Below, piece after piece: positions 26,101 to 37,235 of a stretch of DNA of 64,000 nucleotides (position 1 is its first letter; each line of letters opens with the position of its first letter). The notes under the pieces are model-generated. The model was not told where the DNA came from, searched no databases, and saw nothing but the letters and a program-made list of their open reading frames with translations. The position numbers were made by a program, and so were the translations under genes. The stretch comes from Rhynchopus sp. YZ270_cl-10 (Eukaryota), in contig OZ037845.1 of the NCBI GenBank assembly GCA_964035575.1, positions 124,001 through 188,000 of the forward strand, written 5' to 3'.

Positions 26101-28272
26101 CTAGTTGACGTGATCTCCGAGCATATCGAAGCTGTGGGACTGGATGCTTTTGATGATGCTGGCGTGGTCTCCTGAGCTTTCGGGGGATGTCTGCATGTCT
26201 TTCAACTCGTACACATGTTCATGTGGCACCTGTGTGTGCCTGAGGCGAGAGCGGAGTGCGTAGGGGATCATGGCGTCGCCCTCAGCTTCGTAGAGATAGG
26301 TGCCCCTGTCTCCTTCTGCGTCCCCTTGCCCCTCTGAGGCACGCACACACAGCGCCCAGCACCGCTGCACACACCTCCCGTATGCCGTCACAAAGCGCTG
26401 TCGCTGTGTCCCCACCCCACCGTGGCACACCCGCCCACTGCACACCCCAGCACTACCCACCAGGTGGCGCACGTTCTCCACAAAGCAGAGCGCCGTTTCC
26501 GCGTGGGCATCGCATTTCCGTGCTAGGTTCCACCCGACCAGGAGCGTACCGCCTACGAGGGTGACGGTGACGCCTGCGGTGCGGTCGAGGATGGGCGAGA
26601 TGCGGTCGAGCGTGCTGCTGAGAGAGGTGCTTGCAGTGTGCTCGGTAGCGCCTGAGGTGCGGAGCAGGAGACATGCGACGGTGGCGTCGTGCTGCCGCAT
26701 GCGCGACAGGTTAGCACTGAGCGCCGACGTCTGTGACGACCCCTGCGAGGAAGCTGCCTCGCTGCCGTGCGGCGTCTCTAAGGGGTTCTCCTTCGCCTGC
26801 AAAGGGTGCTTCGCCCGCCCCGCCAACGCAGCAGGCCACACAGAACAGATCAACGCAGCCTGCGACACACCCTTCAGCATGACCTCCACCACATCAGATG
26901 CAACAGCACTCATCGCATGGGCGTCGGTCTCCTCCCACTGCGTTGCCATCACCGCCACGGCACCAGGTGTGCACACACCCTCGAGGCGTGCTGCAACATT
27001 GACGGTGTGGCCGAAGTAGTCGGTTCTCTTGGTAATCTCGTTTTCTTCGACAGCTACAACACCACTGTTGACACCAATGCGAACGGTGAGGCCACGCCAA
27101 AAGTCGGTCTCAGCACAGAGCGGCATTTCGAACAGTGGTGCCGGCCAGTCAGCGTCGAAGAGATTGCTTTGTGCGGCAAGGCCAAAGGCGAGACCGAGGT
27201 GCGGTGTTTCGAAGGCAACCATGAAGGCGTCACCTATCGTCTTCACCTCGTAACCACAGAAGCGGTCGGCGGCTGCGCGCATGGTCGTATTGTGCACGAT
27301 GATGGCTTTGCGCATGGCCTCGGGCACGGCCTCCCATATCGACGTTGAGGAGCGGATGTCTGTGAACACAATGGTCGCCTCCTGTGTGGCCACCCCAGGG
27401 GGCGGGTGTGCGGTGATTGGGTGTGACACCTCTCCGGTCGAACCTTCTTCGAAGAGCGCTGCAGGGAGGTACGGTCTGTACACACGGAGGTTGCCTTCGA
27501 GAGCGAGCAGCGCCTTCAGCATGCCTGTGGGAAGCTGCTCACGACACGCATCCAGCTGCGCGGCAACTGCATCGACGTCGTAGCGTGACAGCAGCATGGC
27601 CACCTCTTCCACAGTGTTGATCGTCCCCTGCATCGCGTTCTGCTCCTTCTCCACCTCTCGTGCAAACCCACGGGTGAAAACAAAGTCCGTCACAAACAGC
27701 CCAACAGAGACCGCGCTGTACCCGATCCGATGCGTTTCAGCGCAAGGCAGGTCTGTGCAGTGAACGCGCTCCTCCATAATTTCCCGCCGAATTTCTTGCG
27801 TAACGAACCCCGGCAGGTCGAACAAACCAAATCGATACGACGCTTCAGCGTACATAAGAAAGAGCCAGACACACACTCCACCCACGAGAGCGATTGAGAA
27901 CTTCGTTGGGACACGGTAGATAAGACACATGTCCACAAGCACAACAAAGCAGGGCCAGATGCTCTCTGACCGTTGCATCCAGAGACGGAGGTCGAGCACA
28001 CACAGCGCCATGGCCCAGAGCACGAGGTTCGCACAAACAAACTTAGTCGTGAGGCGACCGCCGCACAGAAGCCACACAATGTTGCACGCAATCATGATCA
28101 TCTGTACGAGGCGCGACATGAGAGGCATCAATTCCATCTCAGACATGTTACCGATAAGCGGCAGCGCCACGATTGCACTCAGAATAAACGTGATCAGCCA
28201 CAACTCCCGCTCCCTCCGTGCTCGCCCCTCCAATTGACCGTTCAGGGAGACGACGCGTCGCCAGCATTCCAT
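26101..28272 (-). CDS. Multi-pass membrane class III adenylate cyclase with a second degenerate cyclase-like domain
   Basis: About 6 hydrophobic segments, then TIVFTDIRSST, YEVKTIGDAFM, RIGVNSG, DYFGHTVNVAARLE. Confidence 0.9.
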   Translation of the reverse strand: MECWRRVVSLNGQLEGRARRERELWLITFILSAIVALPLIGNMSEMELMPLMSRLVQMIMIACNIVWLLCGGRLTTKFVCANLVLWAMALCVLDLRLWMQRSESIWPCFVVLVDMCLIYRVPTKFSIALVGGVCVWLFLMYAEASYRFGLFDLPGFVTQEIRREIMEERVHCTDLPCAETHRIGYSAVSVGLFVTDFVFTRGFAREVEKEQNAMQGTINTVEEVAMLLSRYDVDAVAAQLDACREQLPTGMLKALLALEGNLRVYRPYLPAALFEEGSTGEVSHPITAHPPPGVATQEATIVFTDIRSSTSIWEAVPEAMRKAIIVHNTTMRAAADRFCGYEVKTIGDAFMVAFETPHLGLAFGLAAQSNLFDADWPAPLFEMPLCAETDFWRGLTVRIGVNSGVVAVEENEITKRTDYFGHTVNVAARLEGVCTPGAVAVMATQWEETDAHAMSAVASDVVEVMLKGVSQAALICSVWPAALAGRAKHPLQAKENPLETPHGSEAASSQGSSQTSALSANLSRMRQHDATVACLLLRTSGATEHTASTSLSSTLDRISPILDRTAGVTVTLVGGTLLVGWNLARKCDAHAETALCFVENVRHLVGSAGVCSGRVCHGGVGTQRQRFVTAYGRCVQRCWALCVRASEGQGDAEGDRGTYLYEAEGDAMIPYALRSRLRHTQVPHEHVYELKDMQTSPESSGDHASIIKSIQSHSFDMLGDHVN

Positions 28273-28631
28273 TGTGGGAAAGAAAGTTTGTAACGTATAA
28301 TGTACAAGATGAACCTCAGCCTCGTGCTCTGTCACCTAACAAAAAGGGGAAATAAAATAGAAGGTTTGACGTGAAGCTTGTTCTTGGTCAAAATTGAAAA
28401 GGTTTGGGCAGTTTGTCTCTCGGGGGATCTGATGTGAGGTTGGTGATGGAGGGGAGATGGGTAACAAAAAAAGTTGACTTGAAATACAAAACCCTCTCAT
28501 ATTTCATACTTCAGGCAAAGGAGACATTTGTTAATAAAAGAAAGTGTGGTGCGGAAACACCCACTCTGGGCACAGTTTACGACTGCATTGCACACAAGAG
28601 AAACGTGCCCTCAGAGAGCCAGGTGCGCAGC

Positions 28632-31250
28632 TCAGTGCATGACCACAACGAGAGGGACGTAAGCCTTCTGACCCACATAGCCGGCAAGCTCTTCGTACTT
28701 GCTACGTTGGTCCTCAGCCACACCGTCAAGCAGAGAAGACGCCTTCTCAAAGTCTTGTTTGATGATGTGCTCGAAGACCTCGTTCCACAGTGCATCGGGG
28801 TTGCTTGACTCCAGCTGGTACATCCACTCCTCGTTTGTGCTGCTGCACAAACCCTTCACAGCGTACACAGGCTCTGCCTTCTCACTGTGCTTCACGTACA
28901 GCACAGCACCTTCGCAACGCACCATCACCTGCCCTTCCACTTCACGTGACAGGATACGGTCAATGACACCAGGCAGGTTGCGCTCCTTGTTCCAACGCTC
29001 AAGCACAACCACCCACGACATGCACTGTCCAAGAATTGACACCTTCTTCATACCGTTGCAGCCCATATTCCCGACACGTGCCTCGCCTGTCGCGCAACCA
29101 TACGAGAGCTTGTGCACATCGCTAAGTGCTGCTGCTGCTTCATGTGCAGCCTTCACACAGGCAACACGGTGTGAGGTGCTGAGAGCAAAGGCGTTGAAGG
29201 TGGCAAGTATCTTGTCACCAGCAAACGTGTCGCACACACCTTTGTTGTGCTGCACTGCTACCAGGATCTTCTCAATCACACTACCGTGTGCGGAGAGCAC
29301 CTCTGCGTCCTTGTGTTTCTTGCAGAAGGCGTGCCACGACGCGACGTTCATGTGTGCCAGCGACACCTTCTTCTTCTTCATCCCTTCCACGCGCAGCATT
29401 GCCTTCTGTGTCTGCACCACCTCCGAGCTCTGCGCCATCGAGCCCGTGCTGCCGGTAGGGGATGAGCCACCAGAAGCCACCGTTGTGTGGGACTTCCGTG
29501 ACTTCAATGATTCTTCCTCATCCTGACTCTCGTTGACAAGCACACTCTGCGGCATGTAGTTCCGGTACTCCACCAGGTTCGCCACCATGGTAACAAAGCT
29601 GCGCTGCATCATCCCCACTTCACTCAGCTGCGACACTGCACGGCCCGTGTCCACAGCCTCCAGGTCCATCACAGCCACACTTGCCATCTCGCTCCCAAGC
29701 TTCAGCAGAGGGGACGTGATGTAGCGTGTGAACACAACAGCAACGGCAAGAAGTCCCGTGATCGCAACGGCCGTCACAATCACCATCACAATCACCGCAT
29801 CCTCTTTCTGTGCGTCTGCAGAGGACAGGTCCGATGCCACCTTCGCACGGATTGCATTCGTCGACGCATCAATCGTATCCATCACAGACGCCCTCGGCAC
29901 CAGAAGGTTCGCGTACCACGCAATCGTTCTGTGTTCAATTGTCGACGTGATTGTCCAGAACTCCGTGCCGTTCGAGTCATACCACTTCAGGAAGGAGTCC
30001 TCTGTCTTATCTACAAGGTCTCTGTAGTTCCGCGGGTGTGTGAACACAAACCGCCCGTGCTCTGCAATCACTGAGGGGATGTGCGAAGTCGCGTCTTCCA
30101 TCGAGTGGTTCGTTATGTTGAAGCTTTCTGCTATAATGGCCTCATCGCCGACGGCGTTGAAGTGCTGCACGAACCTCAGCTGCCGCCCTCTGTTGTACGC
30201 GACAAGTGTCCCCACTGAGCCCGATGCACGCTCCCACTGCACCATGTACAGCGACGCGTCCCTCGGGAGCAGCTGAGCACGCACTGCATCGATGACCCCG
30301 TCCGAAGTGAGGAAGGCGTTGACTGAACCCACACGCTTGCCTTGCTTGGGGAATATCGTGTACATATCTGGGTGGGTGAAGGTGTAGGTGAGCTCCCAGG
30401 ACATGAAGTTCCACAGCACCTGCAGCGTGTCGTAGATAAGCGTGTCCGCCGGGTACAGATCTGGCATGTGGTCTTCTACGTTGGCAAGAGCCCTCCCACG
30501 GTTCTGCTCACTGCGCCCATCCAAGGGTTCAATCATAAACATGGGGTACACGCACAGTCCACGTACCTGGCCCTTGTTGTAGTCAGGATAGGGGTTGCAC
30601 GGCTCGTTGGGGTACTTGAATTGGCCCAGGTCGCTGGCCTCCGTGAAGACAGCCCAGTCAGAAATCCCCATTGCCAGCGTTGCAGGGTCACGTTGATCTA
30701 ACATCACGACCACCACGCTACCGTTCGCAGGCGGGACACCACTCGCACTGCTTACTTTCCTGAACGAAGTTCGCGAGCCCCACCCTGCAAACCCGTCCCC
30801 CCGCTTCCAATAATGGGGGTGCACAGCGGACCACGGGTACGTTTCTACGTGCATGGCGTCTATCCCAGACATCTGCCCAGCGAGGAAAGCGGACTTGATT
30901 GCAGGACGTAGAAGTGAAGCTGCAAAGTCGGGGCTCGTGCTGACGTTTGGGTGGTGTGCCTTCGCCAGGTTGGCGAGCGAGACCACCAGCTGTTCAGGCA
31001 CCTTCAGGTACTCCTTTACCGCCGTGTCCACACTGCCAAGGACGGAGCGAAGGTAGTTTGTCGAGACCGTTTCGATGTCCGCCGTACCACTGTCGAGACA
31101 CATCCCAAAGCCCTCGTCACCTGTGTCACGTGCCTTTTCCAGAAGGTCGTCCCATGTTGACAGAGTGAAGCCACCGATGATCGCACCCGTTGAAAGAATC
31201 AGCGCCACACACAGCAGTATTGTCAGCGACTGGATGCCACACGACACCAT
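28632..31250 (-). CDS. Receptor-type pseudo-cyclase (TM - large Cache-like ectodomain - TM - HAMP-like - degenerate class III cyclase)
   Basis: Two TM helices. HAMP-like ITSPLLKL...SEVGMMQRSF segment. Cyclase-like HMNV...FAGDKILATFN...GCATGEARVGNMG, lacking the first Asp and the catalytic Asn/Arg. Confidence 0.8.
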   Translation of the reverse strand: MVSCGIQSLTILLCVALILSTGAIIGGFTLSTWDDLLEKARDTGDEGFGMCLDSGTADIETVSTNYLRSVLGSVDTAVKEYLKVPEQLVVSLANLAKAHHPNVSTSPDFAASLLRPAIKSAFLAGQMSGIDAMHVETYPWSAVHPHYWKRGDGFAGWGSRTSFRKVSSASGVPPANGSVVVVMLDQRDPATLAMGISDWAVFTEASDLGQFKYPNEPCNPYPDYNKGQVRGLCVYPMFMIEPLDGRSEQNRGRALANVEDHMPDLYPADTLIYDTLQVLWNFMSWELTYTFTHPDMYTIFPKQGKRVGSVNAFLTSDGVIDAVRAQLLPRDASLYMVQWERASGSVGTLVAYNRGRQLRFVQHFNAVGDEAIIAESFNITNHSMEDATSHIPSVIAEHGRFVFTHPRNYRDLVDKTEDSFLKWYDSNGTEFWTITSTIEHRTIAWYANLLVPRASVMDTIDASTNAIRAKVASDLSSADAQKEDAVIVMVIVTAVAITGLLAVAVVFTRYITSPLLKLGSEMASVAVMDLEAVDTGRAVSQLSEVGMMQRSFVTMVANLVEYRNYMPQSVLVNESQDEEESLKSRKSHTTVASGGSSPTGSTGSMAQSSEVVQTQKAMLRVEGMKKKKVSLAHMNVASWHAFCKKHKDAEVLSAHGSVIEKILVAVQHNKGVCDTFAGDKILATFNAFALSTSHRVACVKAAHEAAAALSDVHKLSYGCATGEARVGNMGCNGMKKVSILGQCMSWVVVLERWNKERNLPGVIDRILSREVEGQVMVRCEGAVLYVKHSEKAEPVYAVKGLCSSTNEEWMYQLESSNPDALWNEVFEHIIKQDFEKASSLLDGVAEDQRSKYEELAGYVGQKAYVPLVVVMH

Positions 31251-31402
31251 TGTTCGGAGGTGTACAGAAAGGGAAGAGAGGAAGAGAGTGTCTGGTGTGG
31301 TGTGGGGACAGGCAGGATTCAAAGACACTGTGGGTTCAGTTAGAGTTTTAAAGACTCTAATTATACTCTACAGCCTACGCTAATGCTCTAAATAGAGACT
31401 AA

Positions 31403-31450
31403 TTATTTCTCCAGTTGACCGTAAGAGACGACGCGTCGCCAGCATTCCAT
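31403..31450 (-). pseudogene. Truncated duplicate of the 5' end of the 26101-28272 cyclase (MECWRRVVSYGQLEK*)
   Basis: About 31410-31630 matches about 28230-28470, including the start codon, hairpin and acceptor region. Confidence 0.75.
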
Positions 31451-32235
31451 TGTGGGAAAGAAAGGTTTATAAAGTGCCTCGTGCTAAGTCACCTAACAAA
31501 AAGGGAAAATAAAATAGAAGGTTTGACGTGAAGTGTATGCTTGGTCAAAAATGGATATTGTCTGTACAATGTCTGAAGGGTGCGTCTGATCTGAGTTTGG
31601 TGAGGGAGGGGAGATATGGGTAACAAAACAAAAACGTGACTCTTTTTGTGAAACTTTTGAAAAAAGAAAAAAAGAAAGTGTAGGACAACCCACAATAAGA
31701 GAAGGTGGGGGGGCACCCTTTGTAATCACTTTTTTGTGAACAATTTTGTTCGCATTACTTTCTTTTTTTTTTCTTTTTTTTTGTGCGATTTCTCACCCGT
31801 CAAATCGCAACGGAAACAAACCACGGCACGTTGGCATTGTTGGGCTGTTTTTTTTTTTTTTTTTTTTGATATTTTTTTTTGGGCTCTGGTCAAAATACCC
31901 TGAATATTAACAATGCACAGTGGAGAATAAAAACCACCTATTTTTTTTGATAATCTGTTGGTTGAGCATAGGTGGCCACGCACAGACAGTTTTCACTATC
32001 CAAAAAAAAAAAAAAAACATTTGTGGTGTGATTTTCCTAAAAATTAGGTGTAAATTGGGTACTTCTTGGGTCCTTCCAGGGTATAGTGATTTTCCTTAGG
32101 GCACTTCCTTAAGGAAAACGTGATTTTTTTCTCGAGCTTTCCCTGTGGTTAGTAGCCTTGTTTTCGCAAAAAGTTGGTACATCCGAGAGCCCCACGTGTT
32201 CGGTGGTGGAAATTTTCTCAAAATCCGGGGTTGGC

Positions 32236-32407
32236 ACCCAGTACCCAGTACCCAGTGCCCAGTACCCAGTACCCAGTACCCAGTACCCAGTACCCAGTAC
32301 CCAGTACCCAGTACCCAGTACCCAGTACCCAGTACCCAGTACCCAGTACCCAGTACCCAGTACCCAGTACCCAGTACCCAGTACCCAGTACCCAGTACCC
32401 AGTACCC
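32236..32407. repeat. (CCCAGTA)n heptamer satellite
   Basis: About 24 near-perfect units. Confidence 0.95.
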
Positions 32408-35400
32408 TAGTGCATTTTACCTGTCATGACCAGGCCTGACGCTAACTTTTGGTTTTTGGGAAATCGTGGGATGATGGTCGAATATGAGGGGTCCGAGACG
32501 ACAGTGGCCTGCGACGACCACTACCAGGTGTTCAGGTTGCTGCAGCCAAACTATGTCATGCGTGGGGTGGGTTGCAAAGCTTGCGCCGCAGGCGCACGGT
32601 ATGCTACTTTTATTCTTTCGACGTATCTTTTTCTCACTCCTCGTTGGGTTCTACGAGCTCCGACCGTCAAATTGTGGGGGGTTACAACGCGCAGCAAAGT
32701 TCGCAGCTATGCAAACTGCCCCCACGTTTACTTTGCACTTTACCCTCAGTGGTCAAGTACTGACCATATTACACACAAAACCTGAAAATGGCCTGTAAAA
32801 ACTGATACATGCATTTTAGGTCAAAAATACTCAGTTCTGAGCGCAAAGTGACCCCATCACAGCACGCAGAAGCCCCGGAGCACCGAAATCAAAAAAAAAT
32901 TTTTTTGATTTTTTGGGGTGAAAATTTCTGGGGGAAATTTCTGGCCACAAAAAACCACCAAAAAAATATACACAAAATAATTTTTGCACCCCCCTTAAAA
33001 TTAGGTGTAAATTGGGTACTTCTTGGGTCCTTCTAGGGTATACACCCTAGCCCTATACAGCCACACCAATTTGTATTTTTTTTTTCGCATTCGCTTCGTT
33101 CCGCTCGCAAATTGAGGAGAAACACTTGAATTTGCATTTTCCAGAGACTCTGGCGTCAGGTATTCCCGAATGCTTTGGAAAGGTGTGGTCAACTGTCGTA
33201 GCTTCGTTGGCTCGGGGGGGGAAGCACACACAAAAAAAAAACCCCCCCCACAAAAACTCGCACTTTTCATCACGAGAAAAAGAGAACGAAAACTGGTGTG
33301 CTGAACTGAATGGGGAGGGGCGCAAAAAGTGCGCAAGAAGTGTGAATCACCCCCCCACACCAAAAATATAAAAGCAGGCAGTGGCTGTGCAATCTTTAGG
33401 ACCACAGCCCCCCTGTGAGCAAAAAAAGCCCTGTGAGTGATCGTGAAGTGACCACCCACCCACCTCAAAGCAGATGTGGAACAGACAAGAGTCTCTAGAC
33501 CGTGCGGGGCCGACCAACTTTGCGAATAAAAATAAAATAACAATGAAAAAGAAAAGGTTTGATAAGATAAAAACGTCTCTGCTGTTGTGGCCACCTAAAA
33601 AAAATAAAAAGAAATTGACAGATGGATGCGCCTCTTGTGCACATACATCTTTGGAAAAAAAAAATGGGGGATGAAGTTCGCAATGCCAAAAATACACACA
33701 GAAGGCAGATAGGAGCACTAGAAGAAGTAATAAGAGTTGGTCGTGAAAGACGGTAATGTGCCAATTACATACGCACATAAGATTCCACAAAACAGAAAAA
33801 AAAAAAGTAGATAAGATGCGCTAAGACTTGCTTAGTCACCATAAAAAAAATAAAAAATAAAAACGCAAAATAATAGATTCATACAAAATAATAAAAACCC
33901 CGTTCCTCCTCTTGTTTAGTTGGTACGCTACCCACGTCATACGCAAAACAAAACAAAAAGTCTCAGACGTTTGAATCATTTCCACAAAGTATTTGTCATA
34001 ACAGTAAGTAAAAAAAAATGTACAGAAAACGTAATGTTTCTGAACATCAGGGGCGTGGACCTAGTGAACAAATACTTTTAATAGTAATTGAAAAAATAAT
34101 GTTGGGTTGAAATAAACCACTCTCGTAACAGTACCTTGGTGGCATGCCTGCATACCAAAGCACTGTGGGTGGACCAAAAAAAAATATCGGTTGAAAGATG
34201 AACACGTCTCGCATACACATCCTTTAAAAACTATGGGAAAATGGTTAACCTTCCCACGTGTTCAAAGTGTGGCAGAAATAAGACATTAGGAAATCTGATT
34301 TGAAGGGAAATCCTGTCAATGACATAAAATACTTCTGCAACGTTGTGTTTCAAAGAAATAAGATGAACAATGTAAATAATAATTTCAATGTAAATAAAAA
34401 AAAACCTAAGTTTAAACTAATTTCGCTTATTTTGTCAATATTTCTTCTTGAATACGCGAGGATGTTCATTTCTTCTTCTTCTTCTGCTCCTTCTTCACAG
34501 GCATATCCTCATTTCGCTCTCCTTTCGGGTTTTCTTCTGGTATTTATCCTCCCTCCGGAACAGAGCTTCCGTTGACCTCTGTTGACCTGTATTTTTTTTT
34601 TTTTTCTGCAGAACCTTTTTTGAAAACTTGGTTGTATTAGTGTAGCCACCCTAGTGTGATCTACTACTTTTTTTGCCGCGCAGGGTCGTTGCTGTTCTCC
34701 TGCGACTTTCACTCCAGAAGCAAAGGTGTAACTCTCCACACGGAGTCTCTGTTTTTTTTTTGATAAAAACGCTCAAAGTAAACCACCGGAAAAGGGTCGA
34801 ACCAGTTTTCTGTGCACAATATTTTGTGAACTTTTTGTGCACAGGCACACCAAGAAGAAGTGTTGTAAACTACGCCAATAGTAAAAGAAAGACGGATAAG
34901 GGAAAAAAGAAAAGCTTGGTTTTGACTGATTCTAGAACAATAAAGGTGGTTATTGATGCAGGCACTCACTTATGGTACCAGTCATCCGGATGAAAGAAGC
35001 AAACAAAAAAAAAACATTGAGCAAGAGGAATGCGCCATAGGCCTTTGAGCCTACGTCGCTGTGTGTCATCTTTTTTTAAAAGAAAACGTTTTCCAGAAAT
35101 ATAAAAAATGCTGAATAACAGCACCCGGAGGGGGGGAAAAGTTGAAGTACAGCACCGCTCGTGACAGTGTATCGTGGTACGCGACCGGCTGTACCTGGAC
35201 CCAACCATGCAGTCTTACATCTATTTCGTGTTTTACATCTGATATGCGCTTCTCCCGCTTCCAGTGGTCAGCCAGATAAACGGGATCATTGCGACACAGG
35301 GAACTGAATCCTTTGTGATGTAAGGTCCGGTTGGGGTCCTCTGCCTTGGCGGGGGAGAAAGACGGGGGTCGTGTAAACATAGTATCGCCAGAAGGCTAAT

Positions 35401-35749
35401 GAATTTCACTTAAGCACAGATGAAAGATGTCATCGTTACCCAGAGAACTTTGTAGTCTAGTCGTATCACCTCGAAAGAGGCTCAAGACTCCTTATATGTG
35501 GCACAGAGACGCACCGATAGAAAAACTCTGCCCGCCATTTGATTCGTGTTACCCCAGTAAGGTATGGTTACACTCTCAGTTTAAGAAAAATCAGCTGCAG
35601 GAAGGTAATGGGCAGCAAGCCCAAAAAAAAAAAATATGAATAAGATGAATAAAATGAATGGCTGTAGGGACGCACAGTTAAAAAGAGATGAGAAATTGAC
35701 ACCGCACTCCTACTTTTTATGTTTTTCCCCTACTCCCGCAAACAATAAA

Positions 35750-36079
35750 GGGAAGGCTCGTTTTTTCTTTTATTGTTACAAAGTAACAAAGGGGGGGAGG
35801 GGGTCCGAAATCCGGGGGGGAAATTTTTTTTATTGTAACAATGGCGGGAAAAAGTGGCTTTTTCCAACACCAAGAACTTGTCCATTTCAGCAGACTGACC
35901 CGCCACAGTGTGGACGGATTCCGGAAATGCAAATGCAGGTGTTTTCGGATGTGCACATCCACTGCGCCTTGTTGTAACAATAAATGACAATTCGGAAGAA
36001 CGGTGTTTCCATAGGGAGGGGCACCGGAAAAATGGTTTATTGTTACTTTGTAACAATAAATGGAAAAACGAGCCTTCCC
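35750..36079. mobile_element. MITE with ~40-bp TIRs
   Basis: GGGAAGGCTCGTTTTT...TATTGTTACAAAGTAAC matched by GTTACTTTGTAACAATAAA...AAAAACGAGCCTTCCC. Similar flanks AAACAATAAA/AAAGCAATAAA. Confidence 0.75.
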
Positions 36080-36189
36080 AAAGCAATAAAAACAATAAAG
36101 ACAAAAAGGGAGAGGTTGTGGTGAAGTTAGGGGTACGGTGTTCAATTTCCTTTTAGCATTGCATGTAATCGTATAAAAATTTTGTGTGT

Positions 36190-36190
<1 letters not shown>

Positions 36191-36263
<73 letters not shown>

Positions 36264-36304
36264 AAAAATTCTTGGAGTGTAGTTGCCACCTGTGCGAGCT
36301 CCAC
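36191..36304 (-). mobile_element. Tiny poly(A)-tailed retroposed element (family E)
   Basis: Minus strand reads GTGGAGCTCGCACAGGTGGCAACTACACTCCAAGAATTTTTC followed by ~72 A. Related copies at ~17220-17299, 34616-34667, 41039-41102, 44184-44236 and 61203-61260. Confidence 0.6.
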
Positions 36305-37235
36305 TGTGTTTTAACTTTTTAGATGCATTTGTTTGGGAAATTTGTTTGGGTGTTATATTTAACCGGGGTTGGTTCGTGATTTTGTTGCATTTTTGCTGTT
36401 TTGTTATTTTCGTCTGTTGTTGTTGTTTTTTTGTGACAAGGTTGCTTGCGTCCAGAGCATTAGCTCGACTATCTTAACACGGAGCAGACTATGCCGTTCT
36501 TCCTTCTTATTTGTATAAAGTGCTTCGCGAAATGATCAAACGAGCACCCCACACTATTTGTTTTCTCTTCCTTCGGTGCGCCATTTCTGGACCTCAAGAA
36601 TCAGGAAAATTCACTTTCAATGTACTTTCCAAAGCACACACAAAAAGCAAAATTTCAAAAAAAAATTCTTGGGTCCTTTGTACCATAGCACATGAGAAGA
36701 AGGGCAAGGTCCGTCTGCTAAGAAAGCACCTCTTTCTCTGCTGTGTCACGGGGATGGGAATGGGAATAGTCTAAGACTCAGGTTGGGGGGGACGACGGAA
36801 ACATAAAGACAAATCAAAACTGAAACAATACAGGAACTGGAAGAGGGAGGGACAAAACGGAATGGGGGCGGGCGTGTTGAATGGGACAAGATGAACCTCG
36901 CATGCGCAAGCACTTTTAAAGAAAGGGGATGGGTGGGGAGGGAAGGGAAGGGGACTGCTGCTCTGTTCTTAGGCGTTTGAGAAAACTTTAAGGCAGCGCA
37001 TAACCCGTTCGTTGCAGGAGTGCGCTGCCTGCACACTGCATCGCATTTCTTCAACACAAAAATTAGAACATTACAACAAAAGTTAACTGAAAGAAGCATG
37101 AACATAGGAAGGTAAGTTTGTTTTTCGCAGAAAAAGCTACCTTCACGAAATAACTGATCCTCTCAAATATGAGCACCTCCACGAACTTATTATTTTATTT
37201 ATATTTTCCGCACCACCTCACCTGTCACTCCACCA

